IMG/VR virus record: IMGVR_UViG_3300049846_001128
Location: 1-64,000 of that record
Origin: a virus
DNA length: 64,000 nt
Strand: one strand, 5' to 3'
The notes under the pieces were generated by a model. The model did no database searches. It had not been told where the DNA came from and saw only the letters and a list, made by a program, of their open reading frames with translations. The position numbers and the translations under genes were made by a program. Positions 57,709 through 64,000 of the stretch are shown here, piece after piece; within the stretch, counting starts at the first letter, position 1; every line of letters begins with the position of its first letter.

Positions 57709-57887
57709 AATAAAGCCTCAAGTAGCGGAGTTGGACGAATAAAATTTGTGGGATATGATAAATAAAATGTTTCTTTAAATGTAACTCGGTTTTTAGTAAT
57801 TTCTTCAATAGTATAAATTGTACCAATATCAAACCAAGGATACATGTTTACTAAAACCTTGTCACCAACTTTAAAACTACTCTGCAT
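57705..57887 (-). CDS. SH3/KOW-like small protein, C-terminal tag family (..PTPLLEALL)
   Basis: Start moved to MQSSFKVGDKV. Confidence 0.7.
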   Translation of the reverse strand: MQSSFKVGDKVLVNMYPWFDIGTIYTIEEITKNRVTFKETFYLSYPTNFIRPTPLLEALL

Positions 57888-58120
57888 ACACAGCCAAAGG
57901 CTCGTAAAAAAATAAGTCAAGCTGTAAGTAAAAAGTACCAAGATTAATATGTTTCTTGTCTAAATCTGGATTAACGTAGCTAACCACTACAACATCCCCT
58001 TCTCTTTTAGCTTCAAAAATTTCACCAGTTAAAAAGGAATAGTATATTCCATCAACAGGGCTATAATTTACCGGCTTAGCAAATACTTGTAGAATAAAGT
58101 ATTTACAAAAAAAGTAAAGG

Positions 58121-58411
58121 TCAATGGTTTTGGTTGCCGCCTCTACCACCGTTGCCGTTGTCACTTCCTTCACCTTCGTCCCCGTCATCGTCAGCCTCGC
58201 TACCAAGCCCTGCAAAGTACTCTTCAAGTTCGTTTTCAAAATCAACCTCCATCTGTTTTAAATCAATTAAAGCAAACTTCATTCCACCAAGGTCAAAGCC
58301 TGACGCAATGAGGAATTTTTCAAACTCAGCCACAACTTCTTCCAAACTTTCCGTACTGAAGTTAATAGCAGCTTCGCCTTGTTTGTCTTTTTTCTTAAAT
58401 GTAAATTTCAT
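58121..58411 (-). CDS. Hypothetical acidic phage protein
   Basis: ESLEEVVAEFEKFLIASGF. Confidence 0.65.
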   Translation of the reverse strand: MKFTFKKKDKQGEAAINFSTESLEEVVAEFEKFLIASGFDLGGMKFALIDLKQMEVDFENELEEYFAGLGSEADDDGDEGEGSDNGNGGRGGNQNH

Positions 58412-58584
58412 TAGTTAGCCTTTTTACAAGTATATCGCTCACCATCTACAATAACATGCTGAGTTGTTAAAGAAGCTTTTGCAACAAAGCCTTGGTAGAG
58501 GATAACACTAAAAATAGAAAATGACAACAAAATAGTTATGTAAGCTCCGATTAAAAAACTACTAAAACATTTAATAAATTTCAT
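58411..58584 (-). CDS. Small membrane protein
   Basis: MKFIKCFSS followed by a TM segment. Confidence 0.55.
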   Translation of the reverse strand: MKFIKCFSSFLIGAYITILLSFSIFSVILYQGFVAKASLTTQHVIVDGERYTCKKAN

Positions 58585-58769
58585 TCCAAAGCCTCGATTA
58601 AAGGAGTAACTGGAATGGCATGTTTTGGAAGAAAAGCCCAATCGTAAACTTCTCCAAAATAATAATGCATTCCATCAAAACTGTTTATTCTCTGAATAGT
58701 TCCATTGAAATAAGATAAACCATAATCAGTAGCAGTAATTAAAACTCTGTCGCCAACATTGAATTTCAT
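58581..58769 (-). CDS. SH3/KOW-like small protein, C-terminal tag family (..VTPLIEALE)
   Basis: MKFNVGDRV N-terminus. Confidence 0.7.
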   Translation of the reverse strand: MKFNVGDRVLITATDYGLSYFNGTIQRINSFDGMHYYFGEVYDWAFLPKHAIPVTPLIEALE

Positions 58770-59152
58770 TTCTTCGATTCTCTTTCAATTAATTTGTCTA
58801 AATAAATTTTAGCTTTTTGCAAATCCTTTACCCCGTCTTTTTCTTTATATCGCCAGATGTATTTGAAAATATTTCCTTCCAAAAAGTCCATCTCTTGGTC
58901 TAAAATAACGTCCCAACACTCAAGCTTACCCTTCTTGTTGTAACGCTTAGGCTTTTCAATGTCTTCAGAACTAGTGACAGGAATTAAAGGTTCAGCCAAC
59001 TCCAAGTCACCTACATCAAAAGCTATAGTATGGCAACCAGTCATATCACACATGTAAACCATGAATTGATTCTTTTCTGGAATATATGATTTAATAACTC
59101 CACTTCTAGGGAATACTTCTCTTGTTTTAACATTATCACCAACTTTAAACAT
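58766..59152 (-). CDS. DUF3310 (T7 gp1.7-like nucleotide kinase) fused to N-terminal SH3-like domain
   Basis: PKRYN..ECWDVI..GNIFKYIWRYKEKDGVKDLQKAKIYL. Confidence 0.8.
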   Translation of the reverse strand: MFKVGDNVKTREVFPRSGVIKSYIPEKNQFMVYMCDMTGCHTIAFDVGDLELAEPLIPVTSSEDIEKPKRYNKKGKLECWDVILDQEMDFLEGNIFKYIWRYKEKDGVKDLQKAKIYLDKLIERESKK

Positions 59153-59373
59153 TATTCAACTCCTAGACAAATAATAGTCAATAATTGTCTAACTCTTTCT
59201 GAACTTAAACCCACAGCGTTTGCTGTTTCTTCAATATTATAGCCGCAAAGATAAAGCATTGCAACTCTATATTTTAAAGGATTTTTTGCCCTACCTGCGT
59301 ACAAAGCCTTTTGAACATGCGCTCGACAAGGGTAGTCATATAGTTTCTTATGTAGCCAGAAAATGAACTTCAC
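59152..59373 (-). CDS. Sigma70 region-4-like HTH protein
   Basis: GYNIEETANAVGLSSERVRQL. Confidence 0.7.
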   Translation of the reverse strand: MKFIFWLHKKLYDYPCRAHVQKALYAGRAKNPLKYRVAMLYLCGYNIEETANAVGLSSERVRQLLTIICLGVE

Positions 59374-59549
59374 AACAAAGCCTCCATTAAAGGTGTTAAA
59401 GGTATTAATCTATCCAGCTCACAGTACCAAGTTAAGCCAGTGTAATAACTTGTTACAACAACCCAGCCAGATTTATCACTACTAGTAGGAAAATACTCCA
59501 CAATCTCAGGAATCATGTCTGAGTGAAGTGGGAGGTAAACCATTTTCAT
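59370..59549 (-). CDS. Small protein, C-terminal tag family (..IPLTPLMEALL)
   Basis: Read manually: MKMVYLPLHSDMIPEIVEYFPTSSDKSGWVVVTSYYTGLTWYCELDRLIPLTPLMEALL. Confidence 0.75.
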   Translation of the reverse strand: MKMVYLPLHSDMIPEIVEYFPTSSDKSGWVVVTSYYTGLTWYCELDRLIPLTPLMEALL

Positions 59550-59881
59550 TACTCGCTCTGAAACTTTTCGGCAATCCTATCCGACCATACGATAATGTCT
59601 GGAACATGGTATCCGATAATACTACACATCGTTTCTTCAACCTGATCTGGCGTTAAGTCACTGCTTGTAGTTAAAGACATGTGATATAATACATGTCCAA
59701 GTTCATGTCGAATATCTATTAAAGTCCAGTCTGATTTTCTAAAATGCACTTCATAATTAGGAGGCATCGTAACTCCCGGTCGATCCCCGCCATCTCCGTT
59801 ATGTAGCTTATTAAACTTAGCATCAGAAAGAAGTTTAAACTTCCAATCTCTACCTTTTATATTAAGCGTTATTTCTTTCAT
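59549..59881 (-). CDS. Small zincin-like (HExxH) protein
   Basis: IRHELGH...VEE. Confidence 0.7.
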   Translation of the reverse strand: MKEITLNIKGRDWKFKLLSDAKFNKLHNGDGGDRPGVTMPPNYEVHFRKSDWTLIDIRHELGHVLYHMSLTTSSDLTPDQVEETMCSIIGYHVPDIIVWSDRIAEKFQSE

Positions 59882-59882
59882 A

Positions 59883-60692
59883 CTATTTCTTCTTTTTTTG
59901 TGCAGCCTCGTAAGCCCTAACTGCAGAAGCTACAACTTCAGTCTTATCAAATTTAGCCAAGTTTAGGAAAAGTTCTTCAGTGGCTAACACATCAAAATTA
60001 TTGTAGCGTTCCATTGATTTCCACGCTTTGATATTACCTTTCAAGCATTCGTCCCAAAGCTTAAACCCAGAAAACTCCTCATGATCTTGTTTCTTGTATT
60101 TAGTGTTAAACTTCTTAGACATGTACTCAAGCTTGTTTGAAGTAAATGCAAAGTGTTTTTTAGCCAGTAGGTAAGTATCTATCTTTTTATACTCACTTGG
60201 AACTCCTAAACCATTCTCCAAAAACTTAGCGTTGAGTTTCTTTAAATCGAAAGCCGTGGAGTTTTGCCCCAAGATTATATCAGCCTCGTCCATAAGTTTC
60301 CACAAAGGCTTTAGCAAATCTTTGTCATTTTGAATAGAGTCGCCTTTTTTTGACCTTTGATCTTTATACATAACTTTGTCGTTGTGTAACCATTTAGCTG
60401 TCCAAGAGAGTACAAACCAGTCCCGCTTAATCATGTTCAAAGGAATAGATTGATCGTATAGTCCCCAATGATAGGAAATCATTGGAGCGGTTTCAATGTC
60501 TAAAACTAGAACTTTAGGCAAGTCCTTTTCAATTTCCATACCGTGAGTGTCAATACAGTGCTTTATAGAATCTGGAGTTCTTTTTTGCTGAAACTTGGCA
60601 TTAAAAGCCTTAGCTATTTCAAACCTAGAATAGCCTTTTTTATATTGCTTTAGAACAAACTTTATCTCTCTAGGGTTCCAAGGTTGTTTCAT
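59883..60692 (-). CDS. RNase H-like 3'-5' exonuclease (DEDD) with N-terminal HTH
   Basis: LDIET, QNSTAFD, KIDT and YNNFDV motifs. Confidence 0.85.
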   Translation of the reverse strand: MKQPWNPREIKFVLKQYKKGYSRFEIAKAFNAKFQQKRTPDSIKHCIDTHGMEIEKDLPKVLVLDIETAPMISYHWGLYDQSIPLNMIKRDWFVLSWTAKWLHNDKVMYKDQRSKKGDSIQNDKDLLKPLWKLMDEADIILGQNSTAFDLKKLNAKFLENGLGVPSEYKKIDTYLLAKKHFAFTSNKLEYMSKKFNTKYKKQDHEEFSGFKLWDECLKGNIKAWKSMERYNNFDVLATEELFLNLAKFDKTEVVASAVRAYEAAQKKKK

Positions 60693-60700
60693 TTGTTTCC

Positions 60701-61000
60701 TTATAATAAAGATTTTAATAAATCCGAAATTGGCTTAAGCCTTTTTTGCGGATAGTAGTTGTAGTATATGTTAGTATTATTTTTATTTAATGGCAAGCAT
60801 AAATATTCATAAGGCTTTGCTTTTGGTGAAATATGAATAACTTCACACATTTCCCCATCTAGTAATACAATGTCCCCGAGTTTATATTTAGGCTTTATGA
60901 GTTTCTTATAAAGCCAGTAGTAAGCTTCTCTTAAAGGTCTGTAATGGACTGCTATAATATTAACCAAGAGTAAAATGGCTGTAAGATGGAGAATGTTCAA
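60701..61000 (-). CDS. TM plus SH3-like protein, C-terminal tag family (..ISDLLKSLL)
   Basis: PKYKLGDIV. Confidence 0.65.
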   Translation of the reverse strand: MNILHLTAILLLVNIIAVHYRPLREAYYWLYKKLIKPKYKLGDIVLLDGEMCEVIHISPKAKPYEYLCLPLNKNNTNIYYNYYPQKRLKPISDLLKSLL

Positions 61001-61128
61001 AGCTTATTCCCCAATAGAGTTAAAGTGGCAAGAAGCGTAATGGCTTGAATTACAACCTGAGCAAATTGTAACTTTGCTTGGAACTTTTGGAGCTTGACCC
61101 TTTCTGACTGGTAATCGTGATGTTCCAT
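60997..61128 (-). CDS. Hypothetical 43-aa protein
   Basis: Read manually: MEHHDYQSERVKLQKFQ...; coupled on both sides. Confidence 0.5.
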   Translation of the reverse strand: MEHHDYQSERVKLQKFQAKLQFAQVVIQAITLLATLTLLGNKL

Positions 61129-61337
61129 TATAGTAAAGCCTCCATCAAAGGAGTTAGAGGAATCCAAGGTTCTGATAAAAATGTCTCAACTACCCAACTA
61201 AGGTTTGTTACGGCTCCATAATTATAGCACAGTTTGAAATCTACCACTGTAGTGCGTAAAGCAGTTATAACACAAGTGTCTATAGCTTTAGTTTGCGAGT
61301 TAACCCTATAATAACGTTTTCCAACTAATAATTCCAT
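61128..61337 (-). CDS. Small protein, C-terminal tag family (..IPLTPLMEALL)
   Basis: ORF track. Confidence 0.7.
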   Translation of the reverse strand: MELLVGKRYYRVNSQTKAIDTCVITALRTTVVDFKLCYNYGAVTNLSWVVETFLSEPWIPLTPLMEALL

Positions 61338-61711
61338 CTTCGCTTCTTCCCAACTCTTAAGTCAACGTGGACAAATCCTTTATTCCGTCCGTCACCAACG
61401 GCTTCAAAGTATTTTTCGCACAATAAATATAATTTGTCAAGCTTTTCTTTTGAGCTTACTGTTGGGCGAATGTCAACGGCTTTTCCAAGGCAATGCTGAC
61501 TGGAAGGTGCTCCACCAATTTGCTTATTGTAAGCAGGAGAGCGATAACCAGAGGTAATTGTTAGAGACTCCCCGAATTCTTCTCTAAGTTTATCAAGTTT
61601 GTCAATCAGCTCTTGCTCAATGAAAAACTCTTTGTCAGAGCCGTTTTCAAACTCTTTGGTTGAGAAGTATTTTCCAAGTTTTTTATACTGACCTTTTTTC
61701 CAACAAATCAT
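61325..61711 (-). CDS. Peptidase M15A endolysin
   Basis: ITSGYRS..N..IGGAPSSQH..GKAVD..FVHVD. Confidence 0.88.
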   Translation of the reverse strand: MICWKKGQYKKLGKYFSTKEFENGSDKEFFIEQELIDKLDKLREEFGESLTITSGYRSPAYNKQIGGAPSSQHCLGKAVDIRPTVSSKEKLDKLYLLCEKYFEAVGDGRNKGFVHVDLRVGKKRRWNY

Positions 61712-61896
61712 ACCAATGTCTCAATTAATGGAGTAGCTAATATAAATCTGTGAATGTTCCAATTAGATTCTACTTCAACTAAGCTAATTAATTCATATTC
61801 CTCACTAAACACGCTTTCAATTGTATATACTTCTCCTAAAAATAAATAAGTATTGTGTGGTTTTATACAAATTACTCTATCTCCGACTTTGAACAT
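61708..61896 (-). CDS. SH3/KOW-like small protein, C-terminal tag family (..ATPLIETLV)
   Basis: MFKVGDRVICI. Confidence 0.7.
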   Translation of the reverse strand: MFKVGDRVICIKPHNTYLFLGEVYTIESVFSEEYELISLVEVESNWNIHRFILATPLIETLV

Positions 61897-62758
61897 CTTT
61901 AAGTATCCTATGAAATGGGTGATTTTCTGGGTAATAAGCCTTAAAAAGCTCTACCTCCCAACTCTCTCCTAGCCTGTTGTTATTTGTGTAATTATAAAAT
62001 TGTTTTGCCAGTTTTGTCAAGAAAGTTTCTGTCTCTGTTAACTCAAGGAATCTAAACCGAAACCACCAGAGAACTTTTGTTGAAGTATTATCTTTCTTAA
62101 CACTGGCTAAGAAGGCTGCGAGAAAGAAAGCCACAGACTGTATAAAAGAACACTTCCTACCAATGCCACTAAGATAGATAACAAAATTAGTGACAGAATG
62201 CTTAAAAAAGATAGGGTAAAACCTAGGATGGTTTCTAACAGCTTTCCTAAGCCCTGTTTCCAGCTTTTCATAAGAACGAGCCTCCGTAAAATATGCTTTT
62301 AAATCCTTCCAAAAACCAGCCTTAAAAACGCTTGCCGAGCTATCTATAAGTTCATAGCCGGGAACGTCACAAAAGCGGTTATTGGTCATTTGTGCGTGTT
62401 CTACAATATGTTCGTTAGACTTTAAATCCCCAGCGCACCAGTTGGTGAAGCAAGCCCCAGTTATTTCGTCAAAAGAAACTGGAACAAAGTTAGGCTTACC
62501 GTCCTTTTGTTTGAATCGGTACGGAACTGGATGGCGAGAGTAAAGCCCGGGATAGTTATCAACTTGGCAGGAAGAAATTGCCTTACGCAATGAGTCAAAG
62601 TCTGAGCTTTGAAAATTCCCAATAAGCCTCTGAAGAATGGCTAATTCTCCAGTGTAGAGTAGTTGATTATTAGTAGAAGCTTCTCCACCATTAACAGGCT
62701 TTAAATCCATTCTTCCAAGGTTGTCTTTATAGTATTCAATAGTTGTTTCTAAGTCCAT
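61877..62758 (-). CDS. Hypothetical protein
   Basis: Start moved to MDLET with AAGGA RBS. Confidence 0.65.
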   Translation of the reverse strand: MDLETTIEYYKDNLGRMDLKPVNGGEASTNNQLLYTGELAILQRLIGNFQSSDFDSLRKAISSCQVDNYPGLYSRHPVPYRFKQKDGKPNFVPVSFDEITGACFTNWCAGDLKSNEHIVEHAQMTNNRFCDVPGYELIDSSASVFKAGFWKDLKAYFTEARSYEKLETGLRKAVRNHPRFYPIFFKHSVTNFVIYLSGIGRKCSFIQSVAFFLAAFLASVKKDNTSTKVLWWFRFRFLELTETETFLTKLAKQFYNYTNNNRLGESWEVELFKAYYPENHPFHRILKDVQSRR

Positions 62759-62765
62759 AAATTCC

Positions 62766-62969
62766 TTAAAGAAGAGCCTTTTCAAGGTCAGAAAGCTCTC
62801 TAACTTTGGTGTCACTTCTAGTGGAGCTGAGTGGAATAACTGTATCTAAATGATAAGGTTTAGGACGTCCTAGCCACTCTATAACATACATGTCTTCTTT
62901 TTGTATTTCTAAAATGACATACTCAATATGGTGTGCAGCGCATAGATAAACTTCTCCGACTTTTTTCAT
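62766..62969 (-). CDS. Small protein, C-terminal tag family (..LSDLEKALL)
   Basis: ORF; GGAGG RBS. Confidence 0.7.
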   Translation of the reverse strand: MKKVGEVYLCAAHHIEYVILEIQKEDMYVIEWLGRPKPYHLDTVIPLSSTRSDTKVRELSDLEKALL

Positions 62970-62977
62970 AAGCCCTC

Positions 62978-63184
62978 CTAAATCAATGCTAGCATAAGTT
63001 CAGAAGCTTGTCCAACATATTTGTCGTATTGCATGGCATGAACTGGGAATTGCTCAGCTCCAACATCCATTGTCCAATAGACTGTAACCCAGCCGTTTAG
63101 TTCGTCAATGTCTAAAACAATGTACTCGCCAATAACTTCTCCGTCAAAAGTCTCTTGGTAAATCCCGTGTAAAATTGGTTTCAC
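62978..63184 (-). CDS. Small protein, C-terminal tag family (..ASELMLALI)
   Basis: ORF track. Confidence 0.7.
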   Translation of the reverse strand: MKPILHGIYQETFDGEVIGEYIVLDIDELNGWVTVYWTMDVGAEQFPVHAMQYDKYVGQASELMLALI

Positions 63185-63606
63185 TAAAACTCCAAAGCTA
63201 AGCCAAGTCCGACTTGCTTCTTAGTGTTAACACTTCCAGCAATACTAAGGTTGCCGAAAAATGGCACAATTGCTACGGCTTCTGCGTGAGTTTGACTTAA
63301 TGCGTCAATATCTTTCACGGCAAGTAAGCCAAGAGTTACACCTTTTCCAGACTTTGCCACGATTGATTTGTCAGTCTTAGTTTCTTTCTTTGTAGAAGTG
63401 TCTTCTGTAATAGTTGTGTCAGTGATTTCAGTTCCATCAGGCTTTTTAGTTTTCTTACTCACGACTTTCTTCTTGGTTTCTTTTTTCTCAACTTCTACAC
63501 GTTTTTCTACAACTTTAGTAATAACTTTCGGAGATGGTTGTAGTACATAACGTCCAACAAGAAGAGAGACAGCGGCAATAATTGCGTAGACTTTTAAGTT
63601 TTTCAT
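63184..63606 (-). CDS. Envelope protein (N-terminal signal/TM, C-terminal beta strands ending in F); unimolecular-spanin-like candidate
   Basis: MKNLKVYAIIAAVSLLVG...VGLGLALEF. Confidence 0.5.
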   Translation of the reverse strand: MKNLKVYAIIAAVSLLVGRYVLQPSPKVITKVVEKRVEVEKKETKKKVVSKKTKKPDGTEITDTTITEDTSTKKETKTDKSIVAKSGKGVTLGLLAVKDIDALSQTHAEAVAIVPFFGNLSIAGSVNTKKQVGLGLALEF

Positions 63607-64000
63607 AAATTCTCCAAATAATATTCTTTGTTTGGGATAAAGCAATCCCTAACTTCCCAAGGTGCCAAAACTCTCCAAAACATTAAAGAGTGTGGACAAC
63701 CAGCAGTATAACCGGGATCGTGTCCTAAGTCAAGCTCGCAATGTCCAAGTTCGTGCCACAGGGTAATTTGCTTTTGTTCTTCAGAATACAAATTCCACCA
63801 ATACGGATTAATTGTTATTTCTTTATAACCGTCCGAGCGTTTCTCACAAAACCCAGCAAAGCCTTTATCCATTTTCTTAAAAATTATAGAACTTCTAATA
63901 TTAAGGTTATAAGTTTGCTCAAACTGCTCAGCGTAAGAAGAAAAGGCTGGATCAATTTTCTGCTTTGGTATTTTAGTACCGCAACTTGCTATAAGAATAA
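63603..64000 (-). CDS. Lipoprotein zinc metallopeptidase (truncated at window edge)
   Basis: Open to window end: ILIASCGTK lipobox; LWHELGHCELDLGH and HSLM Met-turn. Confidence 0.7.
   Translation of the reverse strand, partial: ILIASCGTKIPKQKIDPAFSSYAEQFEQTYNLNIRSSIIFKKMDKGFAGFCEKRSDGYKEITINPYWWNLYSEEQKQITLWHELGHCELDLGHDPGYTAGCPHSLMFWRVLAPWEVRDCFIPNKEYYLENL

Noticed and set aside
57877-58245. 122-aa ORF as given in the track
   Set aside because: The 5' third overlaps 58121-58411 in another frame and no convincing start was found; the 3' part may be a real short gene.
1-64000. Alternative genetic code or stop-codon reassignment
   Set aside because: Long genes are intact under code 11, and all three stop codons end genes at tight junctions.

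Overview
The whole window looks like part of a large, AT-rich lytic tailed-phage genome with podovirus-type architecture. No integrase, polymerase, tRNA, rRNA or CRISPR array was seen. (1) 1-11.9 kb, mostly minus strand: early/host-takeover genes fed by many consensus sigma70 promoters, including an AAA+ ATPase, DenV, a CsrA-like protein, a PhaR-N-like protein and a SET-domain protein. (2) 11.97-52.4 kb, plus strand: morphogenesis operon with putative cargo proteins, terminase, portal, scaffold, major capsid, several modular fibre/spike genes, tail tube/nozzle, ejection proteins and a pesticin-like lysozyme. A recurring RCAACCTTAW motif precedes several of its gene blocks. (3) 52.4-64 kb, minus strand: small genes for nucleotide metabolism, nucleases and an M15 endolysin. 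The main unexplained signals are: about 18 small proteins sharing a strictly C-terminal [TS][PED]Lx[KE]AL(L) tag; a sigma70-driven, highly structured antisense RNA candidate at about 43.93-44.21 kb; a dnaX-like -1 frameshift cassette at 48.1 kb; and 3-4 adjacent pre-terminase proteins with variable N-termini and a shared C-terminal signature. All family assignments come from reading motifs by eye, with no database search.
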